DNA of 64,000 bases from Clostridia bacterium. Lineage in GTDB: Bacteria; Bacillota; Clostridia; Christensenellales; CAG-138. Below the pieces are notes generated by a model that made no database searches, was not told the DNA's origin, and saw only the letters and a list, made by a program, of their open reading frames with translations. This document shows, in pieces, positions 26,012-36,943 of this stretch. The position numbers were made by a program, and so were the translations under genes. Each line of letters starts with the position of its first letter. The first letter of the stretch is position 1. The stretch is from NCBI GenBank assembly GCA_017428025.1, contig JAFRRO010000049.1, positions 146,152 through 210,151 on the forward strand, written 5' to 3'.

Positions 26012-27094
26012 ATGGAAAACAATCAAAAGGGGTTCGCGGGCTTTTTGAAACGGCATTGGCTCGTGATTCTGACCGGTTTGGTGATCGGCGCTGCTGCTGT
26101 CGTTCTGACGGCGCTCGGCAACCCGAAGAACATGGGATTCTGCATCGCATGCTTTGAACGCGATATCGCGGGATCTCTGAAATTCCACACTACAGGCGTC
26201 GTGCAGTATTTCCGTCCCGAGATCGTCGGCATCGTGCTAGGCGCTATGATTATCTCCATGATCAAAAAGGAATGGCGTCCGCAGGGCGGTTCCTCTCCGA
26301 TCACACGGTTCTTCATCGGCATGTTCGTCATGATCGGCGGTCTGGTGTTTCTCGGCTGTCCGCTCCGTATGGTCATCCGTATCGGCGGCGGCGATCTGAA
26401 CGCGCTTGTCGGTCTGCTCGGCTTCATCGTCGGCATCGTAATCGGCACGTTCCCGCTGCGCTTCGGCTTCTCGCTCAACAGAGCATATAAGCAGAGCAAA
26501 GCGGAGGGCTTGATCCTTCCTTCGGTTCTTGTCGTGCTGTTCATTCTCTCCCTGATTCCCGAACTGTTCGCAAAGAGCACGGAAGGTCCGGGCAGCCAGC
26601 ATGCGCCCTGGATCACGGCAATTCTGATTGCGATCGTTGTCGGCGCGCTGTGTCAACGTTCGCGTCTATGCATGGCGGGCGGTATCCGCGATGCGGTCAT
26701 GTTCAAGGACTTCCATCTGATCTACGGCTTTATTGCGATCATCGTCGCCGTCCTGATCGGCAACCTGTTCACGCACGGTCTGAAGTTCAGCTTTGCGGAT
26801 CAGCCGATCGCGCACACCGACGGTTTGTTCAATTTCCTCGGTATGGTACTGGTCGGATGGGGCAGCGTGCTTCTCGGCGGATGCCCGCTCCGTCAGCTTG
26901 TGCTTGCAGGCGAAGGCAACAGCGATTCCGCACTGACCGTTCTCGGCTTCATCGCAGGCGCGGCTGTCTCGCATAACTTCGGACTCGCTTCGAGCGCGAA
27001 GGGAATCGGCGCCGGTCCCGTCATCTGGGTGCTGATTGCCGGATTCGTCTTCTTGTTGGTTCTTTCGATCTTCAATACGAAAAGGAGGGCATAA
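26012..27094 (+). CDS. yedE: YedE/FdhT-family putative selenium transporter (membrane)
   Basis: ALGNPKNMGFCIACFERDIAGSL N-terminal motif, a second Cys region (QRSRLCMAGGIRD), and a ~360 aa polytopic protein. Confidence 0.8.
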   Translation: MENNQKGFAGFLKRHWLVILTGLVIGAAAVVLTALGNPKNMGFCIACFERDIAGSLKFHTTGVVQYFRPEIVGIVLGAMIISMIKKEWRPQGGSSPITRFFIGMFVMIGGLVFLGCPLRMVIRIGGGDLNALVGLLGFIVGIVIGTFPLRFGFSLNRAYKQSKAEGLILPSVLVVLFILSLIPELFAKSTEGPGSQHAPWITAILIAIVVGALCQRSRLCMAGGIRDAVMFKDFHLIYGFIAIIVAVLIGNLFTHGLKFSFADQPIAHTDGLFNFLGMVLVGWGSVLLGGCPLRQLVLAGEGNSDSALTVLGFIAGAAVSHNFGLASSAKGIGAGPVIWVLIAGFVFLLVLSIFNTKRRA

Positions 27095-27096
27095 CG

Positions 27097-27303
27097 ATGC
27101 TGGATGTACGCGGATTAAACTGCCCGATGCCGGTGCTTGCCGTTCAGAGAGAAGTCAAGGCGAACAAGCCGGAGACGCTTGAAGTGCTTGCGGATCATAT
27201 GACGGCGGTGCAGAACATCACCAGATTCGGCAATTCGCAGGGCTATCACGTCGAATATCGGGAAAACGACGACGGCGATTTCGTCATCACGCTCAGCAAA
27301 TGA
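27097..27303 (+). CDS. yedF: TusA/SirA-like sulfur/selenium carrier (YedF-like)
   Basis: MLDVRGLNCPMPVL CPxP active-site motif. 68 aa. Starts 2 nt after the yedE stop. Confidence 0.8.
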   Translation: MLDVRGLNCPMPVLAVQREVKANKPETLEVLADHMTAVQNITRFGNSQGYHVEYRENDDGDFVITLSK

Positions 27304-27536
27304 ACTATATCGCAACATTCTATACACAGGCAGCGGCGCTGCTGACAAACCGTGCGCTGAAAAAACACGGCGTACAGAGCAAAGCCGGTCCCGTACCGCG
27401 CGAGCTTTCTTCAAGCTGTGGGACCTGCGTTCACTATACCGCGGACGCCCCGATGCTCGAAGTTCTCGACGAAGATCTGGAATCGGTCTACGAGAAAGGG
27501 CCGTCCGGTTACAAACTGCTGCTGCATCATGAATGA
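27300..27536 (+). CDS. DUF3343-like putative Se/S carrier protein
   Basis: 78 aa with a PRELSSSCGTC motif. ATGA overlap with yedF. Confidence 0.65.
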   Translation: MNYIATFYTQAAALLTNRALKKHGVQSKAGPVPRELSSSCGTCVHYTADAPMLEVLDEDLESVYEKGPSGYKLLLHHE

Positions 27537-27540
27537 GGCA

Positions 27541-27570
27541 AAAGGATCGCGCAAAGCGGTCCTTTTTTTG
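27541..27570 (+). terminator. Intrinsic terminator of yedE-yedF-DUF3343 operon
   Basis: aaaggatcgc-gcaaa-gcggtccttttttt (one mismatch in the stem). Confidence 0.75.
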
Positions 27571-27659
27571 ATTCCGTTCGCATAACTTTCCGTATGCGCA
27601 TTGCATCGCGGAAAGAATTGTGTTAAAATACGCACCATAAAGCGATTCGGAGAACAGTC

Positions 27660-28460
27660 ATGGCATCATTTCAGAAAATCGGCGTGTTTGACAGCGGTCT
27701 CGGCGGGCTGACCGTCCTGAACGCGATCTGCGCGCAGAATCGGGGATTGTCCATCGTATATTTCGGCGACACCGCGCGCGTGCCATACGGTTCGCGTACC
27801 CCGGAAACGATTGAGCGGTATGCGGAACAGGACGTCCGGTTTCTTCTTTCCAAAGGCGTCGAGGCGATCATCGTCGCATGCGGCACCGTAAGCGCGATTG
27901 CGCTGCCGAAGCTGCATCAAAGCTTTGATCTGCCGATCATCGGCGTGATCGAACCCGCCTGCGCGGCTGCGGTATCGGTCACGAAAACAAAGCATATCTG
28001 CGTCATCGGCACGCAGGCGACCGTCAACAGCAACGCGTATTCTTCGTGTCTGAACCGCATAGCACCGGACTGCCGCGTGTCCGGCATCGCATGTCCTCTG
28101 TTTGTGCCCCTGATCGAGAACGGATTCCGCGAGGACGATCCGATCACACAGCTGACCGTCGAACGGTACCTTGCACAGATTCGCAACACCGACATCGATA
28201 CATTGATTCTCGGCTGTACGCACTATCCGTTTTTCACCAACGCGATCCGTGCGGAGCTGCCGGGCATTCATCTTATCGACATCGGCGTTGCGCTTTCGCA
28301 GGCGATCAAGCAGATGATGCCGAAGAGCGGAGAAACCCGGGAGAACGACGTCGAATACTGCTTCAGCGACAAGGAGACGAGTTTTCAGCGCTTCGATACC
28401 AACCATCTGAAGAGCTTGCCCAAAGGCGAGATCCATGTAATCAACATCGAACGGTTCTGA
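27660..28460 (+). CDS. murI: Glutamate racemase
   Basis: IGVFDSGLGGLTV, ACGT and GCTHYP catalytic Cys motifs. Confidence 0.9.
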   Translation: MASFQKIGVFDSGLGGLTVLNAICAQNRGLSIVYFGDTARVPYGSRTPETIERYAEQDVRFLLSKGVEAIIVACGTVSAIALPKLHQSFDLPIIGVIEPACAAAVSVTKTKHICVIGTQATVNSNAYSSCLNRIAPDCRVSGIACPLFVPLIENGFREDDPITQLTVERYLAQIRNTDIDTLILGCTHYPFFTNAIRAELPGIHLIDIGVALSQAIKQMMPKSGETRENDVEYCFSDKETSFQRFDTNHLKSLPKGEIHVINIERF

Positions 28461-28473
28461 GCATATCGAACGG

Positions 28474-28520
28474 AAATCCCCCATACACTGGACTATCAGT
28501 ATATGGGGGATTTGATTTTG
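28474..28520 (+). terminator. Hairpin terminator after murI, overlapping the spoIIID translation initiation region
   Basis: aaatcccccata-16 nt loop-tatgggggattt followed by gatttt. Confidence 0.6.
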
Positions 28521-28787
28521 CAGTACTTTGAGGACAGAATCAAGGAAGAAGCCGGTTACATCATCGAACACCGCGCGACCGTGCGTGAAGCCGCGCATGC
28601 GCTCCACATCGGCAAAAGCACGCTGCATAAAGACGTCACGGAACGGCTTCGCTATATTCATCCGATCATGTTCCGTCAGGTGCGGGAGATCCTGAATGTG
28701 AACAAAGCCGAGCGCCATATCCGCGGCGGCAAGGCCACGCACGACAAGTATGCCGCATTGCGCAGCGTCAGCGATCCGGAGACGTGA
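28503..28787 (+). CDS. spoIIID: Sporulation transcriptional regulator SpoIIID
   Basis: ..YIIEHRATVREAAHALHIGKSTLHKDVTERL...ERHIRGGKAT.. closely parallels B. subtilis SpoIIID. The true start may be TTG 28518 (SD GGGGGA 28505-28510). Confidence 0.85.
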   Translation: MGDLILQYFEDRIKEEAGYIIEHRATVREAAHALHIGKSTLHKDVTERLRYIHPIMFRQVREILNVNKAERHIRGGKATHDKYAALRSVSDPET

Positions 28788-29424
28788 CGGCGGCAAGATA
28801 TACCTTGGCTGCGCCGCTGCGCTTCAAAACCTTGGCGCATTCATAGACGGTCGCGCCGGTTGTAAAGACGTCGTCGACAATGACGATGTTCAAACCTTTG
28901 ACAAGCGAATCCGCCTCGAAGCTGCCGCGAATGTTTCTGCGACGTTCCGGCTGTGTCAGCTTTTTCTGCTCGAAAGTCAGCTTCGTTTTGAACAGAAGCT
29001 CGGTCGTGTAGGGAATGCCGGTGGCGTGGCTCAGATATGCGCACAACACTTCGCTGTGGTTAAACCCGCGAATATGTCGCTTAACCGGATGCATCGGAAC
29101 CGGAACAAGAAGATCGGCATGCCATTCCTCCGGAACGGACAGGAACTGTGTAAAGAATCCGGCGTATTCGGTCTGTTCATAGCGCTTGAACCGCATCACG
29201 CACGCTGCGACTTCTTCCGTATATCGGAGACCGACCGTTATGCCGTCCAACGGCTGAAGGTATATCGGGTTCGGCATATAGAGCAGTTTTTCCCTGCACG
29301 CATCGCACAACCCGTCCTCTCCGACGTTTTCCTCCTCTTCACAGAACAGGCATTCGTACGGACCGGGCATCAGCGAATCGGCAAGAAAATCGATATGCGG
29401 TTTCAGTCTATCGGAGATCGGCAT
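28768..29424 (-). CDS. comFC: ComF-family protein (ComFC, phosphoribosyltransferase-like with N-terminal Cys motifs)
   Basis: CLFC..CDAC zinc-finger-like N-terminus and a VIVDDVFTTGATV PRTase motif. Follows recD2. Confidence 0.8.
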   Translation of the reverse strand: MPISDRLKPHIDFLADSLMPGPYECLFCEEEENVGEDGLCDACREKLLYMPNPIYLQPLDGITVGLRYTEEVAACVMRFKRYEQTEYAGFFTQFLSVPEEWHADLLVPVPMHPVKRHIRGFNHSEVLCAYLSHATGIPYTTELLFKTKLTFEQKKLTQPERRRNIRGSFEADSLVKGLNIVIVDDVFTTGATVYECAKVLKRSGAAKVYLAAVTSPDR

Positions 29425-31606
29425 ATTCCTCCAGGCGCTGACGAAGTCCCGTATTTCGTTCGGTTCTCTGCGCGTTCTGCACCATACGTGCAACGGTTTC
29501 CTTTCTGCCGATGCAGTAAACGAGTTTCTTTGCTCTTGTCACGGCGGTATAGAGGAGATTGCGCGTCAGCAGCGGAACGGGACCGCCCGCAAGCGGCAGA
29601 ATCACCGTCGAAAACTCGCTGCCCTGACTTTTGTGGATCGTGATGCAGTAGGCAAGATCGATCTCCTCCAACTGCGCAAACGCGTATTCCGCCACGCGCC
29701 CGTCGTCGAATCCGATCACTGCCGTCTTTTCGTTCGGAATAATTCGTATGATCGTTCCGAAATCTCCGTTGAATACGCCGACGCCTTCTTCGAACTGTCC
29801 GAAGCTGCCGTTCTTTCGCCACTCGATCTTGTAGTTGTTCCGAATCTGCATAATCTTGTCGCCTTCCCGAAAGACGGTTGCGCCGGAAATATGCTCCGTC
29901 TTGAGATGCGAAGGCGGATTCAGAACGCTCTGCAGCAGGCGATTGAGCTCGGAAACGCCGATTGCGGTTGTTTTCATAGGAACAAGCACCTGCACATCGA
30001 GCAGCGGATCCGACGTACCGAGCGCCTCCTTTTCTTTGAGAACGAGTTCCGTCAAACGGCTCCGTATGCGGTCGATGTTCGGAATCTCTTCGAATATGAA
30101 ATCGGAATCCCGATCGGCAAGCACGGGCATTCTGCCCTGATTGATCAGATGCGCGTTGCGTACGATCGCGGAACGCTGCGCCTGACGGAAGATTTCCGTC
30201 AAACGGCAGGAGGGGAGGCAGCCCGATGCAAGCGCATCGGAAAACACATTGCCGCATCCGACCGGCGGAAGCTGATCGCGATCGCCGACAAGAATCAGCC
30301 GTGTGCCCTTCGAGATCGCCTGCAGAAGCGCATACATCAGAGGCGCATCTACCATGGACATCTCGTCGATGATCACGGCGTCCGCAAGCAGCGGATTGTC
30401 GCGGTTTCTCTGAAACCCTTCGCCGGGAATGTATTCTAAGAGCCGGTGAATGGTCCTCGCCTCGGTTCCCGTTGCTTCCGTCATGCGCTTTGCCGCGCGT
30501 CCGGTCGGCGCTGCAAGCTCTGCCGTAAGACCTTTTTCCTGCATCGCGTCGTTAATGCAGCGGATGATCGTCGTTTTGCCGGTGCCGGGGCCGCCCGTAA
30601 TGATCGACATGCCGTTGTTCAGCGCAAGCAGGACTGCTTTCTGCTGTTCCTGAGACAGTTCCAGACCGGTGCGCGACTGCCACTTTTGCAGATCCCAGAG
30701 TTCACGCGTCGGCGATTCGTTCAGAAGCAGAAGCTTCTTTGCTGTATAATCTTCGATCTTCAGGAGGTAGGGGAGATAGACCGCTTCGACATCGTTGACC
30801 TGTGCTGTCAACAGGTCTTCGCCGTCGATCATCCAGTCGACGGTCTCTTCGATCTGCTCGACGGACGCGCCCAAAAGTGCGGATGCGCGCTGCAAAAGCA
30901 GATCGCGCGGCAAAAACATATCGCCGCGTTCATCGCGCGCCTGCTGGAGACAGTAGCGCGTGCCCGCCATCAGGCGCGCAAGCGAATCCTGTTCGAATCC
31001 GGAAACATGCGTCGCAATTTTGTCGGCCGTCAGAAAACCGATCCCGTCGATGTCGTCGATCAGCTGATACGGATTTTCCTGCACCTTGGCAAGGCAGAGT
31101 TCGCCGTAGGTCTGCATCATCTTATACGCCTGTCCGACCGTCACGCCGTATGGCTCGAGACTGATCAGCACGTCTCGGAACAGTTTCTTTTCCCGGAACG
31201 AATCCGATATCATCTTCGCTTTCTTTTTTCCGATGCCGGGCACTTCCGTCAGACGTTCCGGTTCATTCTCAAGCACATTGAGCGTTTCCAGCCCGAATGT
31301 CGATACAATCGCCCGCGCCATCGAAGGACCGACGCCGCGAACGGCTCCGCTTTCGAGATACTTGATGATCGAAGTCTCGCTGGACGGCGCTTTGCGTTCA
31401 TAGGAGGCTACCTTGAACTGCGAACCGAACCGTGCATGATAGGACGGTTCACCGGTCATAATCACCGTATCGCCCGGATTCAGAAGCGGCAGTGTGCCGA
31501 CGCAGGTCGTGACCGTCTTTTCGTCGCTCGAAAGCAGCGACAAGACGGTGTACCCGTTTGTCGCGTTGCGGAAGATGATCGATTTGACGGTTCCGTTCAG
31601 TTCCAT
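29408..31606 (-). CDS. recD2: RecD2-type SF1B ATP-dependent DNA helicase
   Basis: ITGGPGTGKTT Walker A, IIDEMSMVD, HhH-type N-terminal region, 732 aa. Confidence 0.85.
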   Translation of the reverse strand: MELNGTVKSIIFRNATNGYTVLSLLSSDEKTVTTCVGTLPLLNPGDTVIMTGEPSYHARFGSQFKVASYERKAPSSETSIIKYLESGAVRGVGPSMARAIVSTFGLETLNVLENEPERLTEVPGIGKKKAKMISDSFREKKLFRDVLISLEPYGVTVGQAYKMMQTYGELCLAKVQENPYQLIDDIDGIGFLTADKIATHVSGFEQDSLARLMAGTRYCLQQARDERGDMFLPRDLLLQRASALLGASVEQIEETVDWMIDGEDLLTAQVNDVEAVYLPYLLKIEDYTAKKLLLLNESPTRELWDLQKWQSRTGLELSQEQQKAVLLALNNGMSIITGGPGTGKTTIIRCINDAMQEKGLTAELAAPTGRAAKRMTEATGTEARTIHRLLEYIPGEGFQRNRDNPLLADAVIIDEMSMVDAPLMYALLQAISKGTRLILVGDRDQLPPVGCGNVFSDALASGCLPSCRLTEIFRQAQRSAIVRNAHLINQGRMPVLADRDSDFIFEEIPNIDRIRSRLTELVLKEKEALGTSDPLLDVQVLVPMKTTAIGVSELNRLLQSVLNPPSHLKTEHISGATVFREGDKIMQIRNNYKIEWRKNGSFGQFEEGVGVFNGDFGTIIRIIPNEKTAVIGFDDGRVAEYAFAQLEEIDLAYCITIHKSQGSEFSTVILPLAGGPVPLLTRNLLYTAVTRAKKLVYCIGRKETVARMVQNAQRTERNTGLRQRLEEYADLR

Positions 31607-31616
31607 TGTCTTTCTG

Positions 31617-31643
31617 CAGAAAAGCCTCCGGGATTCGGAGGCT
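31617..31643 (-). terminator. Intrinsic terminator of glyQS
   Basis: Minus strand reads agcctccg-aatcc-cggaggct-tttct. Confidence 0.65.
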
Positions 31644-31649
31644 GTCGGT

Positions 31650-33047
31650 TCAGAAGTTCATTCTTTCTTCGATGTATGCGCGAAGGTCAGTTATCGGCAA
31701 ACGCACCTGTTCCATGGTGTCGCGGTCGCGGACGGTCACGCAGTGATCCGTTTCGGAATCGAAGTCATACGTAATGCACAGCGGCGTTCCGATCTCGTCC
31801 TCGCGGCGGTAGCGCTTTCCGATCGAGCCCGTCTCATCGAAATCAACGGAGAAATGATTCAGAAGATCGTTATAAATCTCCGCTGCCTGCGCAGACAGTT
31901 TCTTGGACAGCGGAAGCACCGCCGCCTTGAACGGCGCAAGCGCCGGATGCAGGTGCAGCACGGTGCGCACGTCGTTGTTTTCGAGCGGCTGCTCCTCGTA
32001 TGCATTGCACAGCACGGCAAGGAAGGTGCGCTCCACACCGAGCGAAGGTTCGATGACGTAGGGGATATATCGCTCGTTCTTTTCGGCGTTATAATACGTC
32101 AGGTCCTTGCCGGACGCGTTTTGATGCTGCGTCAGGTCGTAGTCGGTACGGTCCGCAACGCCCCAGAGCTCGCCCCAGCCGAACGGGAACAAAAACTCAA
32201 AGTCGGTCGTTGCCTTGGAATAGAACACGAGTTCGTCCGGATCGTGATCGCGCAGCCGCAGGTTCTCTTCTTTGATGCCGATCGAAAGCAGGAATTGATG
32301 GCAGTAGTTGCGCCAGTAATCGAACCATTCAAGGTCGGTTCCCGGTTCGCAGAAGAACTCCAGCTCCATCTGTTCAAATTCACGTACGCGGAAGATAAAG
32401 TTGCCGGGTGTGATCTCGTTGCGGAAGCTCTTGCCGATCTGTCCGATGCCGAACGGCAGCTTTTTGCGCGTGGTGCGCTGCACGTTTGCGAAATTGACAA
32501 AGATGCCCTGCGCTGTTTCGGGACGCAGATAGACGGTGTTCTTTGCGTCCTCGGTTACGCCCTGGAACGTCTTGAACATCAGGTTAAACTGCCTGATATC
32601 GGTGAAATTGTGCTTTCCGCAAGTGGGGCAGGGAATGGCATGCTCCTCAATGAATGCCTTCATTTCGGCTTGTGAGAACGCGTCGATCGGCTTGTCGAGT
32701 GTGACGCCGTTCGCCGCCGTCCACTCCTCGATCAGCTTATCCGCGCGGAAGCGTTCCTTGCACTCGCGGCAGTCCATCAAAGGATCCGCAAATCCGCCGA
32801 GGTGTCCGGACGCCTTCCATGTTTCGGAATTCATCAGGATCGCGGCGTCGAGACCGACGTTGTAGGGGCTTTCCTGCACGAATTTCTTCCACCACGCTTT
32901 TTTGACGTTGTTTTTGAGCTCTACACCGAGAGGACCGTAGTCCCACGTATTGCTGAGACCGCCGTAAATCTCGGAACCGGCGAACACAAAGCCGCGGTTC
33001 TTGCAAAGGTTGACGATTTTATCCATCGAATACGAATTCTGTTCCAT
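31650..33047 (-). CDS. glyQS: Glycine--tRNA ligase (dimeric class II type)
   Basis: 465 aa with [42 protein letters not shown] and [10 protein letters not shown] motifs. Confidence 0.9.
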   Translation of the reverse strand: MEQNSYSMDKIVNLCKNRGFVFAGSEIYGGLSNTWDYGPLGVELKNNVKKAWWKKFVQESPYNVGLDAAILMNSETWKASGHLGGFADPLMDCRECKERFRADKLIEEWTAANGVTLDKPIDAFSQAEMKAFIEEHAIPCPTCGKHNFTDIRQFNLMFKTFQGVTEDAKNTVYLRPETAQGIFVNFANVQRTTRKKLPFGIGQIGKSFRNEITPGNFIFRVREFEQMELEFFCEPGTDLEWFDYWRNYCHQFLLSIGIKEENLRLRDHDPDELVFYSKATTDFEFLFPFGWGELWGVADRTDYDLTQHQNASGKDLTYYNAEKNERYIPYVIEPSLGVERTFLAVLCNAYEEQPLENNDVRTVLHLHPALAPFKAAVLPLSKKLSAQAAEIYNDLLNHFSVDFDETGSIGKRYRREDEIGTPLCITYDFDSETDHCVTVRDRDTMEQVRLPITDLRAYIEERMNF

Positions 33048-33196
33048 CTTTTACTCCTCCGTTTATGCGTTCTATTATCTTTCGAATTGCGGTTTTTGTC
33101 AAGCTGTTTCCGTAAGCAAGCACCATTTCTCCAAAGTGCGCATACGATACTGTAACGACATAACCTGTCGAATCAGAACGAACGGAGGAACTTCAT

Positions 33197-33391
33197 ATGT
33201 TCAACAATTTCGGCGGAAGCAATCTGACCTGGGTACTGGTTCTGCTGCTTCTCCTCGGGGATGACAACAACGGTTTCGGCGGTTCCTGTGACACGCTGAT
33301 CTGGCTTCTGTTGCTGTCTCGCTACTGCGGCGGCGAAAACGGCTGCGGATGCGGCAATACGAATCGTCCCTGCGGCTGCGGCTCGATGTAA
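33197..33391 (+). CDS. Small Cys/Gly-rich hydrophobic peptide (64 aa), internally duplicated, function unknown
   Basis: SD GGAGGA 8 nt upstream. Sequence MFNNFGGSNLTWVLVLLLLLG-DDNNGFGGSCDTLIWLLLLSRYCGGENGCGCGNTNRPCGCGSM shows two NN-FGGS-hydrophobic units and a CGCG-rich tail. Confidence 0.5.
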   Translation: MFNNFGGSNLTWVLVLLLLLGDDNNGFGGSCDTLIWLLLLSRYCGGENGCGCGNTNRPCGCGSM

Positions 33392-33400
33392 TTTTCCTAT

Positions 33401-33428
33401 TTGAAAAGTACCTCCTTTGTGCTATAAT
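33401..33428 (+). promoter_or_regulatory. Sigma-A type promoter (extended -10) of the HMA-mnmA transcript
   Basis: TTGAAA-16 nt-TATAAT preceded by TGc. The -10 lies in the loop of an anti-SD/SD hairpin. Confidence 0.6.
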
Positions 33429-33448
33429 AGCCGAAGGAGGTATTTGCT

Positions 33449-35426
<1,978 letters not shown>

Positions 35427-35433
35427 GATAAAC

Positions 35434-36219
35434 ATGAATCTTGAATCTTTTTGCGCTTTGATGGAACGGATCGCGCCCAGAGAGCTTGCGATGGAATGGG
35501 ACCGCATCGGTCTCTTGATCGGTACGGATCGTACCGAAATCAAGCGTGTTCTGGTTGCGCTCGATCTGACATGCCCGGTTGCGGACGAAGCGATTGCGGG
35601 CGACTATGACCTTGTTCTGACGCATCATCCGATCTTTTGGGAGCCCGTTTCTTCCATTCTGCCGGACCGGTTCGATACCGCTGCCGCATACCGTCTGATT
35701 CGTCACGGAATCGGTATGTTTGCGGCGCATACAAACCTCGACGCGGCGACGGGCGGCGTCAACGATACGCTCGCCTCGCTTTTAGGGCTTGAGAACGTTC
35801 GTCCCTTGCCGCCGGAAAACATCGGCAGAATCGGTACGCTTGTGCAGCCGATGCCTTTTGGTTCGTTTGTGAATCTTTGTGAAAGAGTTCTCGGCACAAA
35901 TGCGCGCATCGTCGGCAGCCCGGACGATCCGGTCCAAACAATCGGTCTCATCGGCGGATCCGGCGGAGGAGACGTCGCGTTTGTCAAGGATGCCGGCTGC
36001 GACGCGTTTGTAACCGGTGAGATGAAACACAATCAGGCGCTTGAAGCGGCGTTTCTCGGACTGCATTGCTGCGTGCTCGGTCACTACGAAACGGAAAATA
36101 TCGTCCTGAAACCTCTAATTAGCCGTTTACAGGAAGCAAGTTTTGATGTAAAATATGATTTAACACAATCGGGCAGAGCGCCTTTGCCCTGTCCGCAAGG
36201 AGGAAACCGATATGAGTAA
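35434..36219 (+). CDS. Nif3-like dinuclear metal center protein (YqfO/YbgI family)
   Basis: DRIGLLIG..VLVALDLT..LTHHP..AHTNLD motifs. Confidence 0.8.
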   Translation: MNLESFCALMERIAPRELAMEWDRIGLLIGTDRTEIKRVLVALDLTCPVADEAIAGDYDLVLTHHPIFWEPVSSILPDRFDTAAAYRLIRHGIGMFAAHTNLDAATGGVNDTLASLLGLENVRPLPPENIGRIGTLVQPMPFGSFVNLCERVLGTNARIVGSPDDPVQTIGLIGGSGGGDVAFVKDAGCDAFVTGEMKHNQALEAAFLGLHCCVLGHYETENIVLKPLISRLQEASFDVKYDLTQSGRAPLPCPQGGNRYE

Positions 36220-36934
36220 ACCGTTGGCACTCTTGGCTTATCAGGATGCGGATATTGAGAAGCAGCAGATCGATGCAGCCGTACGTACCACCAGCAACCG
36301 GCAGAAGCTCAACAAGCTTGCGAAGTACATCAAGCAGCAGCAGGCAACGCTGAACAAGCTGAACGACGATATGGAAGTCTTCTACGCGTCCGTTTCGAAG
36401 ATCAAAACGCAGTACGAGGCTGTTTTGAAGCGTCTCGACCTGGAATCTTCCGAATTCGAAACGTTGAAGGGCGACGAGGAATGCACGTCCGAGGAAATGA
36501 CGGAGTTCCGTCATGACATCGAAAAGCTGAACCGCGAAGCGGGCAATCTCGAAAAAGAGATCAAGCAGCTGTTCCAGAATCTGGAAGGCGCGGTGACCGA
36601 ATATCAGAAAACGCGTCAGCAGGGTGCGAAGGCGAAGAAGGAATACGATCAGCTGAAGCTCGTCTGCCAGAAGGAACGCGACGACGCGGCGGTCGATATG
36701 CTCGCACTCGACAAGAAGATGGAAGAGCTCGAAAAGAAAGTCAGCCCCGCATTGATGTCCCGGTACAAACGTGTGCGGCTGCATCACAATATTCCGATCG
36801 TCGAGGTACGGGAAGGGAAGTGCAGCGGATGCAATATGGCTTTGCCGAGCCTCGCCATCCGAAGGCTGGTCGGCGAAGATATGATTCTCGAATGTGAAAA
36901 CTGCGGAAGGCTCCTTTACGCAGACAACAATTGA
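36212..36934 (+). CDS. COG1579-type coiled-coil protein with C-terminal C4 zinc ribbon
   Basis: Long coiled coil followed by KCSGCNM..CENCGRLLY. Conserved Nif3-COG1579-rnpB synteny. Confidence 0.7.
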   Translation: MSKPLALLAYQDADIEKQQIDAAVRTTSNRQKLNKLAKYIKQQQATLNKLNDDMEVFYASVSKIKTQYEAVLKRLDLESSEFETLKGDEECTSEEMTEFRHDIEKLNREAGNLEKEIKQLFQNLEGAVTEYQKTRQQGAKAKKEYDQLKLVCQKERDDAAVDMLALDKKMEELEKKVSPALMSRYKRVRLHHNIPIVEVREGKCSGCNMALPSLAIRRLVGEDMILECENCGRLLYADNN

Positions 36935-36943
36935 ATACCGTTT

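Noticed and set aside
33048-33196. Glycine T-box leader upstream of glyQS
   Set aside because: The leader is about 30 nt after a TTGACA-17-GATAAT promoter. There is no T-box sequence (no ..GGTGGTACCGCG..-like element) and no terminator/antiterminator.
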